A stretch of DNA of 64,000 nt, taken from positions 18,764 through 82,763 of the forward strand of contig JAGGNB010000081.1 in NCBI GenBank assembly GCA_017886375.1, in the 5' to 3' direction. Source of the DNA: Octadecabacter sp. GTDB taxonomy: Bacteria > Pseudomonadota > Alphaproteobacteria > Rhodobacterales > Rhodobacteraceae. This document shows, piece after piece, positions 9,035 to 19,065 of this stretch (the first letter of the stretch is position 1; every line of letters starts with the position of its first letter). The notes beneath the pieces were generated by a model that ran no database searches, was not told where the DNA came from, and saw nothing but the letters and a program-made list of their open reading frames with translations. Made by a program: the position numbers and the translations under genes.

Positions 9035-9913
9035 ATGACGCAGATTACACTTTTGGACGGTGGCATGGGGCAGGAACTGGTGCACCGTGCCGGCGATCGG
9101 CCAACGCCGCTTTGGTCAACGCGGGTGATGCTGGATCACCCCGGCATGGTCGCTGGGGTGCACCGTGATTTTGCCGCCGCCGGTGCGACAATTGCCACGA
9201 CCAACACGTATGCCATTCACCACGACAGGCTGACCGGTACGGGGCTTGAGGCGCAATTCGAAGCGCTGCATCGCATGGCGCTGGCTGAGGCAAAGGAATC
9301 GGGGGCCACGCGCATTGCAGGGTCCATCGGGCCGTTGGTCGCGTCCTATCGTGCGGATGTTATGCCACCATATGATTTTGCGGTGCCGAAGTTCGAAGAA
9401 GTCGCGCGGTTGATTGGCGCGGACGTTGATCTGATCCTGTGCGAAACGGTTGTTTCGATAGATCATGCGCGGTCTATTCTGGCGGGCGCCAAGGCGGCAG
9501 AAAAACCGATCTGGATCGCGTTTTCAGTCAGTGATCGCGATGGGACTTTGTTGCGATCTGGTGAACCTTTGGCGGATGCTTTGTCGGTTGTCGGGATCGC
9601 TGAGGCGGTATTGGTGAATTGTTCGGCACCCGAAGCAATTCCGGCGGCATTGGATATATTGGCGACGTGCGGCAAGCCTTATGGGGCCTATGCCAATGGT
9701 TTTGAGACAATTACCGAGGGTTTCCTCAAGGACAAATCAACCGTCGATGCCTTGGCGATGCGACTTGATTTTACGCCTGACCTTTACGCTGATCATGCGA
9801 TGCGTTGGGTCGATCACGGGGCGACGATTATTGGCGGCTGTTGCGAAGTCAGCCCCGCACATATTGCAGAAATTGCCAGCCGCCTGACCGCTGCTGGGCA
9901 CACGATCATTTAG
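9035..9913 (+). CDS. Homocysteine S-methyltransferase family protein (betaine-homocysteine methyltransferase-like)
   Basis: LLDGGMG, VNCS and GGCC zinc motifs. Confidence 0.88.
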   Translation: MTQITLLDGGMGQELVHRAGDRPTPLWSTRVMLDHPGMVAGVHRDFAAAGATIATTNTYAIHHDRLTGTGLEAQFEALHRMALAEAKESGATRIAGSIGPLVASYRADVMPPYDFAVPKFEEVARLIGADVDLILCETVVSIDHARSILAGAKAAEKPIWIAFSVSDRDGTLLRSGEPLADALSVVGIAEAVLVNCSAPEAIPAALDILATCGKPYGAYANGFETITEGFLKDKSTVDALAMRLDFTPDLYADHAMRWVDHGATIIGGCCEVSPAHIAEIASRLTAAGHTII

Positions 9914-9950
9914 CGCACCTTTGGTGCGACATCATTTAAGGAACGGGCAG

Positions 9951-12389
9951 ATGGCGGATCTTCCAAGCAAGGCACGTGTGGTTATTATTGGGGGTGGCGT
10001 CATCGGGTGTTCGGTGGCGTATCACCTGAGCAAGCTGGGCTGGACGGATATTGTTTTGCTGGAACGCAAACAGCTGACGTCGGGCACAACGTGGCATGCG
10101 GCGGGCCTCATTGCGCAGCTTCGTGCGACGCAAAATATGACAAAATTGGCGAAATATAGCCAAGAACTTTATGGCACGCTTGAGGAAGAAACTGGCGTGG
10201 CCACGGGGTTCAAGCGGTGTGGGTCGATCACCGTCGCACTGACTGAAAGCCGCAAAGAAGAGATTTACCGACAGGCCGCCATGGCGCGCGCGTTCGGGGT
10301 TGAGGTCGAGGAGATTTCACCCAGCGAGGTGAAAGCGAAGTATGAGCATCTTAATATTGATGGCGTTGTCGGCGGGGTCTATCTGCCGCTGGACGGGCAG
10401 GGCGACCCTTCCAATATCGCACTGGCGCTGGCCAAAGGTGCGCGGCAACGTGGGGCCGTCATAAAAGAGCGGGTAAAGGCCACGGGTGTTGTCCGCGCCG
10501 GGCGGCGGATCACTGGTGTGAACTGGGAAGGTGCGGACGGGCAAGGCACGATTGATTGTGATCACGTCGTGAATTGTGCGGGCATGTGGGGCCGTGAGGT
10601 TGGCCAGATGCTGGGCACCAACGTCCCGCTGCAAGCCTGTGAACATTTCTATATTGTCACCGAGGCGATTGCGGGCCTGACCCAGATGCCTGTGCTTCGG
10701 GTTCCCGATGAATGTGCGTATTACAAAGAAGACGCAGGAAAGATGCTTTTGGGTGCGTTTGAGCCGGTGAGCAAGCCGTGGGGTCCGATCCCCGAAGGGT
10801 TTGAGTTTGACCAACTGCCCGAAGACTTTGACCATTTTGAGCCAATCCTAGAGAACGCGGTTGCGCGTATGCCGATGCTGGCAGAGGCAGGGATTCATAC
10901 GTTCTTTAACGGGCCAGAAAGCTTTACGCCCGATGATGCCTACCACCTTGGCCTTGCGCCGGAGATGGACAATGTCTGGGTTGCGGCAGGGTTCAATTCC
11001 ATCGGTATTCAGTCTGCTGGTGGGGCTGGCATGGCGTTGGCGCAATGGATGGATGCAGGCGCGAAACCGTTTGATCTGGGCGATGTGGATATCAGCCGGA
11101 TGCAGCCATTTATGGGCAACAAAACGTTCCTAATGGAACGTTCAAAGGAAACATTGGGCCTGTTGTATGCAGACCATTTCCCGTTTCGACAAAAGGACAC
11201 GGCACGCGGGATCAGGCGCACCCCGTTTCATCACCATTTGAAGCAACATGGTGCAGTAATGGGGGAATTGTCAGGGTGGGAGCGCGCCAACTGGTTCGCT
11301 AAGGATGGCCAGACGCCAGAGTATGAATACAGCTGGCAGCGACAGAATTTCTTTGACAACGTTGCGGCTGAACATAAGGCCGTGCGCGAGAATGTCGGCA
11401 TGTATGATATGTCGTCCTTCGGTAAGATCAGGGTCGAGGGGCGCGATGCTGAAGCGTTTTTGAATTACGTCGGGGGCGGCGATTATTCCGTGCCTATTGG
11501 CAAGATTGTCTACACGCAGTTCCTGAACAATCGTGGCGGAATCGAAGCGGATGTGACTGTAACGCGCATGTCTGAAACGGCGTATTTGGTCGTCACCCCT
11601 GCGGCGACGCGGTTGGCTGATCAGGTTTGGATGGAACGCAATCGAGGCGATTTTAATGTGGTCATTACCGATGTGACCTCAGGCGAAGGTGTGCTGGCGG
11701 TGATGGGGCCAAATGCACGCAAGCTGCTGCAGGCCGTATCGCCAGCCGATTTCACCAATGACGTGAATCCGTTTGGCACAGCGCAAGACATTGAGATCGG
11801 GATGGGCATGGCCCGCGTTCACCGTGTGACCTATGTGGGGGAGCTTGGCTGGGAAGTGTATGTCAGTGCTGACCAAGCTGGCCATGTGTTTGAAACACTG
11901 CATGACGCGGGGAAAGATTTCGGCCTGACGATGTGTGGGATGCACATGATGGACACCTGCCGTATCGAAAAAGGTTTTCGCCATTTCGGGCATGACATCA
12001 CCTGCGAAGACCATGTGATGGAGGCGGGGCTCGGCTTTGCCGTCAAGAAGGACAAGCCGGACTTCATTGGCCGTGAAGCGGTGTTGGAAAAGCAGGAAAA
12101 GGGGCTGAACATGCGCATGGTGCAGTTCAAACTTACGGACCCTGAGCCGCTTTTGTATCACAATGAGCCGATCCTACGGGACGGTGAATTGGTCGGCTAT
12201 CTGTCGTCAGGCGCCTATGGGCACACATTGGGCGGGGCCATGGGCCTTGGCTATGTCCCGTGCAAAGGCGAGACAGCTGCGGACGTTTTGGCGTCGTCTT
12301 ACGCGATTGATGTGATGGGCACCAATGTCCGCGCCGAGGCGTCATTGCGCCCAATGTATGATCCCAAGTCCGAACGCGTGAAAGTCTAA
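9951..12389 (+). CDS. Sarcosine dehydrogenase-like FAD/GcvT protein
   Basis: SGTTWHAAG, NGPESFTPD, RVTYVGELGWE, CRIEKG. Confidence 0.88.
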   Translation: MADLPSKARVVIIGGGVIGCSVAYHLSKLGWTDIVLLERKQLTSGTTWHAAGLIAQLRATQNMTKLAKYSQELYGTLEEETGVATGFKRCGSITVALTESRKEEIYRQAAMARAFGVEVEEISPSEVKAKYEHLNIDGVVGGVYLPLDGQGDPSNIALALAKGARQRGAVIKERVKATGVVRAGRRITGVNWEGADGQGTIDCDHVVNCAGMWGREVGQMLGTNVPLQACEHFYIVTEAIAGLTQMPVLRVPDECAYYKEDAGKMLLGAFEPVSKPWGPIPEGFEFDQLPEDFDHFEPILENAVARMPMLAEAGIHTFFNGPESFTPDDAYHLGLAPEMDNVWVAAGFNSIGIQSAGGAGMALAQWMDAGAKPFDLGDVDISRMQPFMGNKTFLMERSKETLGLLYADHFPFRQKDTARGIRRTPFHHHLKQHGAVMGELSGWERANWFAKDGQTPEYEYSWQRQNFFDNVAAEHKAVRENVGMYDMSSFGKIRVEGRDAEAFLNYVGGGDYSVPIGKIVYTQFLNNRGGIEADVTVTRMSETAYLVVTPAATRLADQVWMERNRGDFNVVITDVTSGEGVLAVMGPNARKLLQAVSPADFTNDVNPFGTAQDIEIGMGMARVHRVTYVGELGWEVYVSADQAGHVFETLHDAGKDFGLTMCGMHMMDTCRIEKGFRHFGHDITCEDHVMEAGLGFAVKKDKPDFIGREAVLEKQEKGLNMRMVQFKLTDPEPLLYHNEPILRDGELVGYLSSGAYGHTLGGAMGLGYVPCKGETAADVLASSYAIDVMGTNVRAEASLRPMYDPKSERVKV

Positions 12390-12443
12390 AGAGCCTTCAT
12401 CCCTACCCTTGCGAGCGGTCTTCGGAGCGGTCATGAGGGGGTC

Positions 12444-13331
12444 ATGGAAAACCCAAAAAATCAAGACACCTTGCGCGGCTTTGGCTTTGCGTTGAGCGCC
12501 TATGTATTGTGGGGGTTTTTGCCACTTTACTTGAAGGCGGTAAGCCACATTCCGGCGATCGAAGTCGTAGCGCACCGTGTGCTGTGGTCGGTGCCTGTTG
12601 CGGGTCTGATACTGGTCGTTTTGGGTCGCACAAGTGATTTGGGCCGTATTCTTCGCGACCCCAAGGCGTTGGCCATGGGATGCATCACCGCGACATTGGT
12701 GTCGATCAATTGGGGCGTTTATGTCTGGGCGATTGCGGCGGAACGTACGTTGGACGGCGCGCTGGGCTACTACATAAACCCGATCTTCAGCGTGTTTCTT
12801 GGGGCGATGTTGCTGGGTGAAAAGCTTAACAAACTGCAATGGGCGGCGGTCGGATTGGCCGCGGCCGCTGTGGGCGTTTTGACCTATGCGAACGGGTCGC
12901 TGCCGTGGCCCGCGCTGGTGTTGACACTTTCGTGGGGTTTTTACGCATACTTCAAACGTTCGCTGCCGATTGGACCCAACCAGGGTTTCCTACTTGAGGT
13001 GTTGATCCTGTCCCCCGTCGCGCTTGGCTATCTGATCTGGCTGGGCGGTCAGGGAGGCGGCCATTTCGTGCCGCTAACGATAGATATGTGGTTGTTGATG
13101 GGCTGCGGGATCGTCACGGCGGTGCCGTTGATGCTGTATGCGAATGGCGCAAAGGGTCTGCGCTTGGCAACCATCGGGATCATGCAATATATCGCCCCAA
13201 CGATGATTATGTTGATTGCAGTGTTCGTGTTCGAAGAACCGTTTGGCAGTGCCCGCGCGATTGCGTTTCCAATGATCTGGGCAGCGCTGGGCCTGTATAC
13301 GTTTGCGATGTTTCGGGGCCGTAAGGCATGA
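12444..13331 (+). CDS. rarD: EamA-family transporter RarD
   Basis: AYVLWGFLPLY, ALGYYINP, GIMQYIAPT. Confidence 0.92.
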   Translation: MENPKNQDTLRGFGFALSAYVLWGFLPLYLKAVSHIPAIEVVAHRVLWSVPVAGLILVVLGRTSDLGRILRDPKALAMGCITATLVSINWGVYVWAIAAERTLDGALGYYINPIFSVFLGAMLLGEKLNKLQWAAVGLAAAAVGVLTYANGSLPWPALVLTLSWGFYAYFKRSLPIGPNQGFLLEVLILSPVALGYLIWLGGQGGGHFVPLTIDMWLLMGCGIVTAVPLMLYANGAKGLRLATIGIMQYIAPTMIMLIAVFVFEEPFGSARAIAFPMIWAALGLYTFAMFRGRKA

Positions 13332-13975
13332 GCAGTGATTACGCACCGCCCGATGACCCGCTCGACGTGATCCATGCCGATCATGAAATTCTGATTGTTA
13401 ACAAACCAAGCGGGTTATTATCAGTTCCGGGTAAGGGACCGCATCTGGCAGATTGCCTGATCGGGCGTGTGCAGGTGGCGTTTCCGCAAGCATTGCTGAT
13501 CCACCGTTTGGATCGCGACACGTCTGGTGTGATGGTGTTTGCCCTGACGCGACATGCGCAACGCCACATCGGGTTGCAGTTTGAAAAGCGCATGACGAAA
13601 AAGACTTATGTGGCCCGCGTTTGGGGCACGTTAGAGCCGAAAAAGGGAACGGTGGACCTGCCGTTAATCGTCGATTGGGAGAACCGCCCGCTGCAAAAGG
13701 TGTGCCATGAGACTGGCAAGTCGGCGCAGACGGACTGGCGGGTTATGCGCAGTGACGCGCGCGAATCGCGGGTGCGGTTGATGCCCAAAACAGGCCGCAG
13801 TCATCAGTTGCGGGTGCATATGCTTAGCCTTGGACATCCAATCCTTGGCGATCCGTTTTATGCACAGGGTGAGGCGCGCCAGTATGAACGGTTAATGCTG
13901 CATTCCGAAGAACTGCGTTTGCGCCATCCTGACGGCGGCGAAGGTGTGAAGTTTCGCGCGAAGGCACCGTTCTAA
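13328..13975 (+). CDS. RluA-family pseudouridine synthase
   Basis: NKPSGL, HRLDRDTSG, TGRSHQLRVH, GHPILGD. Confidence 0.93.
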   Translation: MSSDYAPPDDPLDVIHADHEILIVNKPSGLLSVPGKGPHLADCLIGRVQVAFPQALLIHRLDRDTSGVMVFALTRHAQRHIGLQFEKRMTKKTYVARVWGTLEPKKGTVDLPLIVDWENRPLQKVCHETGKSAQTDWRVMRSDARESRVRLMPKTGRSHQLRVHMLSLGHPILGDPFYAQGEARQYERLMLHSEELRLRHPDGGEGVKFRAKAPF

Positions 13976-14072
13976 GCGCCTCCCATGCACAATTCGACGC
14001 CTTCAGGTGACCTGCCGCAATCGCAGGTTGGGCTGCCAATATCCGTAGGTGTCTGGCAAAATGTGATCTAAG

Positions 14073-14100
14073 TAGAATTGGGCCGGATGAATGCCTATAT
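14073..14100 (+). promoter_or_regulatory. Possible RpoH-type promoter of the peroxiredoxin
   Basis: TAG-N18-CCTATAT; the -10 matches the alphaproteobacterial RpoH consensus, the -35 is weak. Confidence 0.3.
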
Positions 14101-14133
14101 AAGCTATGAACGTAATACAAAAGGAGAGCCAAC

Positions 14134-14787
14134 ATGGGCCTACGCATCAACGACACGATCCCGAATTTGACTGTGGAAACTGATCAGGGCACGTTCGCTT
14201 TGCACGACTGGATCGGCGACAGCTGGGCGATTTTGTTTAGCCATCCGAAAGATTTTACGCCCGTTTGCACGACGGAATTCGGGGCTGTGGCGCAACTGGC
14301 CGATGAATGGGACGCGCGCGGTACAAAGGTCATGGGGATTTCCATCGACGGTGTTGAAGAACACAAGAAATGGAAGACTGACATTGAAGGTTTTGCCGGG
14401 GCAAAGGCGGGTTTCCCGATTGTAGCTGACTCCGACCTCACGATGGCCAAGGCGTTCGATATGCTCCCAGCCGAAGCCTACATGCCCGACGGACGCACGC
14501 CAGCGGACAGTGCGACGGTGCGGGCTGTGTTCATCATCGGGCCGGACAAGAAGCTGAAACTGTCGATGACCTACCCGATGAACGTCGGCCGCAACTTCGC
14601 CGAAGTATTGCGTGCGTTGGATGGATTGCAAACCGCGGCGCGTGAAAATGTTGCGACACCAGCCAACTGGGTTCCGGGTGGCGATGTTGTGGTTCCTGTC
14701 GCCGTGTCTGACGAAGATGCGATTGCGAAGTACGGATCGATTGATACCAAGCTGCCGTATCTGCGTATGGCAAAATTGCCAAAATAA
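14134..14787 (+). CDS. 1-Cys peroxiredoxin (Prx6 family)
   Basis: FSHPKDFTPVCTTE, YPMNVGRNF, TPANW. Confidence 0.93.
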   Translation: MGLRINDTIPNLTVETDQGTFALHDWIGDSWAILFSHPKDFTPVCTTEFGAVAQLADEWDARGTKVMGISIDGVEEHKKWKTDIEGFAGAKAGFPIVADSDLTMAKAFDMLPAEAYMPDGRTPADSATVRAVFIIGPDKKLKLSMTYPMNVGRNFAEVLRALDGLQTAARENVATPANWVPGGDVVVPVAVSDEDAIAKYGSIDTKLPYLRMAKLPK

Positions 14788-14805
14788 ATAGGCGATCAGA
14801 ATCCA

Positions 14806-14834
14806 AAAAGGCCCCGCCAATTGGCGGGGCCTTT
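14806..14834. terminator. Intrinsic terminator, probably bidirectional
   Basis: aaaaggccccgccaattggcggggccttt between convergent genes. Confidence 0.8.
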
Positions 14835-14856
14835 GTTGTTTGGTGTTGTCAGTAAA

Positions 14857-15414
14857 TTAGTGCAGAACGGCGCGCGTGTTCAGCGGTACGCGGTTGTAAA
14901 GATCGGAGATGTGGCTGTTGACCAGTCGCACGCAGCCATTGGACACCGCACTGCCGATGGTATTTGGCGCGTTGGTGCCGTGGATCCGTAGGTACGTGTC
15001 GCGGTTGCCACTAAAGAGATACAGCGCGCGTGCGCCCAGCGGGTTATCGATGCCGCCTTCCATGCCATCCGCGAATTGCGCGTAAGACTGTGGGCTGCGT
15101 TCAATCATGTCTGGTGTCGGGGTCCAGCTGGGCCATTCTTTCTTCACTTGGATCATGAAATCGCCGCTTTCATACAGACCAGCGCGGCCAATCCCGACGG
15201 AATATTCCATCGCAAGGCCTGGGCCGAGCACCCAGTAAAGCTTGAAATTGTTAGGTTCGACGTGGATTTCGCCGGTCGCGTAGTCGCGGTCAATGCGCAC
15301 GATGCGGGGCAATTGCTGTTCGGGAATAAGAAACCCTTGGGCATTTGCAGAAGTTGCTGCAACGCCAGCAGTGGCTGCGGCGGCGGTGTTCAAAAAATGG
15401 CGGCGCGTAATCAT
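14857..15414 (-). CDS. Tat-exported L,D-transpeptidase (ErfK/YbiS/YcfS family)
   Basis: MITRRHFL Tat signal; NPLGARALY, IHGT...SNGC. Confidence 0.93.
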   Translation of the reverse strand: MITRRHFLNTAAAATAGVAATSANAQGFLIPEQQLPRIVRIDRDYATGEIHVEPNNFKLYWVLGPGLAMEYSVGIGRAGLYESGDFMIQVKKEWPSWTPTPDMIERSPQSYAQFADGMEGGIDNPLGARALYLFSGNRDTYLRIHGTNAPNTIGSAVSNGCVRLVNSHISDLYNRVPLNTRAVLH

Positions 15415-15536
15415 TGGAATCCCCAGTCTGCGTCTGTTGGTTGTGTGTATGCCCTGTAATGTGCCCTCTGGGCAAGGTTTCGCGCATCACGATGAGGTCA
15501 GGGTTCCCATACCTGTGATATCGATCCCGCAAATGC

Positions 15537-15567
15537 AAAAGGGCCCCGATGTTTCCATCGGGGCCCA
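15537..15567 (-). terminator. pnp intrinsic terminator
   Basis: gggccccgatg...catcggggccc stem with an A-run on + (U-tail on -). Confidence 0.75.
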
Positions 15568-15597
15568 ATACTAAAGAATAGATAAGGCAATCAGACC

Positions 15598-17730
15598 TTA
15601 GTCTTCTTTGGCTTCTTCTTTAACTTCTTCGCCTGTGACCTGATCGACAACTTTCATCGACAGGCGAACCTTGCCGCGATCGTCAAAGCCCAGAAGTTTG
15701 ACTTTCACTTCTTGGCCTTCTTTCAGGACGTCGGACGGGTGGTTCAAGCGACGGTTTTCGATCTGAGAGACATGCACGAGGCCGTCTTTCTTACCGAAGA
15801 AGTTCACGAATGCACCAAAGTCGACGATCTTGACGACTGTACCGGTGTAAACCATGCCTTCTTCAGGTTCGGCCACGATGGACCAGATCATGTCATAGGC
15901 TTTCTTGATCGCTTCGGCATTTGATGATGCGATCTTGATGATGCCTTCGTCGTTGATGTCGACCTTTGCGCCGGACACTTCGACGATCTCGCGGATAACT
16001 TTACCGCCAGAGCCGATGACTTCGCGGATTTTATCCACTGGCACCTGCATCGTTTCGATCTTCGGTGCATGTTCGGAGAATTCACCAGCCGAGGACATGG
16101 CTTTGTTCATCTCACCAAGGATATGGATACGACCCACTTTGGCCTGCGCCAAAGCTTCTTTCATGATGGCGGGCGTGATGCCTGCGATCTTGATGTCCAT
16201 CTGCAAGGACGTGATGCCGTTTTCGGTACCCGCAACCTTGAAGTCCATGTCGCCGAGGTGGTCTTCGTCACCCAAGATGTCGGACAGGATGGCATATTCG
16301 CCGCTGTCTTCCATGATCAGACCCATAGCAACACCAGCAACTGGTGCTTTCAAAGGCACACCAGCGTCCATCATCGACAAGGAACCACCGCAAACGGATG
16401 CCATCGAAGATGAGCCGTTGGATTCAGTGATCTCTGATACAACGCGGATTGTGTAAGGGAAATCCGTCGCCGCTGGCAGAACTGCCTGAAGCGCGCGCCA
16501 TGCAAGTTTACCGTGGCCGATTTCACGACGGCCTGGAGGGCCGAAACGACCAACTTCACCAACCGAGTATGGGGGGAAGTTATAGTGTAGCAGGAAGTTC
16601 GACTTATACATGCCCTGCAGGCTGTCGATCATCTGCTCGTCGTCGCCGGTACCCAGAGTGGTCACAACCAAACCTTGGGTTTCGCCACGTGTAAACAAAG
16701 CAGAACCGTGGGTCCGCGGCAGAATGCCGGTTTCCGATACGATCTCACGGATTTCGTCAGTCTTGCGACCGTCGATCCGCTTGCCTGTCTTAACAACATC
16801 GCCGCGCAGGATTGAGGCTTCGAGTTTCTTGAGTGCGGAACCGAGGTTCTCATCGCCAAGTTGCTCTTCGCTCAATGCGGCTTTGATCGCGGTGCGGGCG
16901 TCGGAAACGGCCGTTGTGCGTTCTTGCTTGTCAGAGATCGCGAAGGCTGCGCGCATCTGCTTTTCACCAGCCGCGGCAACCGCCTTGGACAAAGCAGAAT
17001 AGTCAGGTGCTTGGAAATCAAACGGAGCCTTGGCTGCGTCTTCTGCCAGATCGACAATCATGTCGATGACGGGCTGAATCTGTGCGTGGGCGAATTCGAC
17101 CGCGCCGAGCATTTCTTCTTCAGTAAGCTCATAGGCTTCCGATTCAACCATCATCACGGCGTCTTTGGTGCCAGCAACAACAAGGTCCAAACGCTGATCA
17201 GGATTTTCACGCAGCTTGTGCATGTCGTCCATTTCAGGGTTCAGGATGTAATCGCCATCTTCAAAACCAACGCGGCAAGCAGCGATTGGGCCCATGAACG
17301 GCGCGCCGGAAATCGTCAGCGCAGCGGAGGCCGCAATCATCGCGACCATGTCGGGATCGTTGACCAGATCGTGGGACAGAACGGTACAGATCACCAGGAC
17401 CTCGTTCTTGAAGCCATCAACGAACAGCGGGCGGATTGGACGGTCGATAAGACGGCTTGTAAGCGTCTCTTTCTCGGTCGGGCGCGCTTCGCGTTTGAAG
17501 AAGCCACCTGGGACTTTACCGGCGGCGTAATACTTTTCGTTGTAGTGCACGGTCAACGGGAAGAAATCCTGCCCCGGCTTTTGCTTTTTGGCGAACGTGA
17601 CGTTGGCCATGACAGTTGTCTCGCCGTAGGTGGCGATGACGGTGCCGTCTGCCTGACGTGCGACCTTACCTGTTTCCAGTGTCAGCGTCTCTTCGCCCCA
17701 CTGGATGGATTTTTTAACTTCTTTAAACAT
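15598..17730 (-). CDS. pnp: Polyribonucleotide nucleotidyltransferase (PNPase)
   Basis: [35 protein letters not shown] and S1 domains. Confidence 0.98.
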   Translation of the reverse strand: MFKEVKKSIQWGEETLTLETGKVARQADGTVIATYGETTVMANVTFAKKQKPGQDFFPLTVHYNEKYYAAGKVPGGFFKREARPTEKETLTSRLIDRPIRPLFVDGFKNEVLVICTVLSHDLVNDPDMVAMIAASAALTISGAPFMGPIAACRVGFEDGDYILNPEMDDMHKLRENPDQRLDLVVAGTKDAVMMVESEAYELTEEEMLGAVEFAHAQIQPVIDMIVDLAEDAAKAPFDFQAPDYSALSKAVAAAGEKQMRAAFAISDKQERTTAVSDARTAIKAALSEEQLGDENLGSALKKLEASILRGDVVKTGKRIDGRKTDEIREIVSETGILPRTHGSALFTRGETQGLVVTTLGTGDDEQMIDSLQGMYKSNFLLHYNFPPYSVGEVGRFGPPGRREIGHGKLAWRALQAVLPAATDFPYTIRVVSEITESNGSSSMASVCGGSLSMMDAGVPLKAPVAGVAMGLIMEDSGEYAILSDILGDEDHLGDMDFKVAGTENGITSLQMDIKIAGITPAIMKEALAQAKVGRIHILGEMNKAMSSAGEFSEHAPKIETMQVPVDKIREVIGSGGKVIREIVEVSGAKVDINDEGIIKIASSNAEAIKKAYDMIWSIVAEPEEGMVYTGTVVKIVDFGAFVNFFGKKDGLVHVSQIENRRLNHPSDVLKEGQEVKVKLLGFDDRGKVRLSMKVVDQVTGEEVKEEAKED

Positions 17731-17734
17731 CTAT

Positions 17735-17860
17735 GTTTCCTGTGTCGGGGCAATCTTGGGCATATCCCAAGTCCCCGTTGCATTGGTGGCCCCATTGCCA
17801 CCGACCCCATATCCATATGCGAACGCCGGGGTCATAAGCGTCACGTCTCAGATAGCGCGC
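17735..17860 (-). promoter_or_regulatory. Structured pnp 5' leader
   Basis: Hairpins cttggg-catat-cccaag and ttggtggc-cccatt-gccaccga upstream of pnp; pnp leaders are generally autoregulatory. Confidence 0.4.
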
Positions 17861-17917
17861 GTTTACACAGGTTTTATGCGTTTGGGAAGGCTTGTATCAT
17901 TGTCGCCGTTGCGAACG

Positions 17918-19006
17918 TCAGTGCAACGGGTCCGTTTGCCAAAGCCTGATCTTAATACCACCGTGGTTGACCACTGGGCCAACGGGTTTGAACGGTAGGC
18001 CAGTTGCCTTTGCAAGGCTCTGTTCGGACGTGATAATGCCCACACGCCAGCCTTTAAATTCCTTTTTCAGACGTTCGCCAAGTGACGCGTACAGTCCGTA
18101 AAGTGGTTTTTTGTTGCCGATGCGCCCGCCATAGGGCGGGTTGGCAATGATCAAGCCTTTGCCAGTGCACGGCGGGGTGATGTCGCTGATCGGTTTCATC
18201 TGGAAATCGGTCTGTTCGGTCACGCCTGCGCGTTGCGCATTGGCTTGGCACATCCGGATGGCGCCTGCGTCGCGGTCGGTCCCGTAAAATCGAAGCGCGG
18301 TTTCTTTTGGCGGGCTGCGCAATGCATCAAAGGCAGTGGCGTCATAGCTGGCGAGGTCTTGAAACGCGAACCCGCGACTGCGCCCTGCATCCATCGCCAT
18401 TGCAATTTCAGCGGCTTCAATCGGAAACGTTCCCGATCCGCACATCGGGTCATAGACAGGTTCATTGCCATCATAACCGCAGCCACGCAGGAACAACGAC
18501 GCCAATGTTTCGCGCATCGGGGCTTTGTTCACAGCTTCTTTGTGGCCTCGCTTGTGCAAAGATTCACCCGAGGTATCGAGGGAGAATGTCACAAGGTCGT
18601 CTTCGATTCGCACGCGCACGCTGAATTCTGCGGTCTTGGAAATGGTCGCGCCGTGATGTTTGAGCGCGTCTTCAACCCGCTGTTGCGCGGCCCCTGCGTG
18701 ATAGATTTTAGATTTGCGACAGGTCGCTTCGACTTTGACAGTCGCGCCTTGCGGGATCACGTCGCCCCAAGGAAATTTCTTTGACCGTTTGTCGAGCTGC
18801 GCGAGGTGCATCGCGCGAAATTCGCCAATGCGTGCCAGCACACGGGTTGCGCCGCGCAACGTCAGGTTTGCGCGCCAGACGTCTGGCCAATCACCTGTGA
18901 CAGTCACGCCACCGGGAATGGTTTCGATTACCGAGAAGCCACGCTCACGGGCTTCGTCGGCAAGAAGACCTTCAAGGCCGGGTGCGGTGATCAGAAAAAT
19001 ATCCAT
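17918..19006 (-). CDS. THUMP-domain class I SAM-dependent RNA methyltransferase (RlmL-like)
   Basis: SLHKRG, APMRETLA, DPMCGSGT, NPPYG. Confidence 0.9.
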   Translation of the reverse strand: MDIFLITAPGLEGLLADEARERGFSVIETIPGGVTVTGDWPDVWRANLTLRGATRVLARIGEFRAMHLAQLDKRSKKFPWGDVIPQGATVKVEATCRKSKIYHAGAAQQRVEDALKHHGATISKTAEFSVRVRIEDDLVTFSLDTSGESLHKRGHKEAVNKAPMRETLASLFLRGCGYDGNEPVYDPMCGSGTFPIEAAEIAMAMDAGRSRGFAFQDLASYDATAFDALRSPPKETALRFYGTDRDAGAIRMCQANAQRAGVTEQTDFQMKPISDITPPCTGKGLIIANPPYGGRIGNKKPLYGLYASLGERLKKEFKGWRVGIITSEQSLAKATGLPFKPVGPVVNHGGIKIRLWQTDPLH

Positions 19007-19065
19007 ATCGAGGGGGTTACACCGCCGGCGCGCAAACCGAAACCTCTTGAAATGGGAACGTGGCG

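Noticed and set aside
15290-15568. 92-aa ORF between pnp and the L,D-transpeptidase
   Set aside because: Starts inside the pnp terminator, overlaps the transpeptidase gene, and has no recognisable motif
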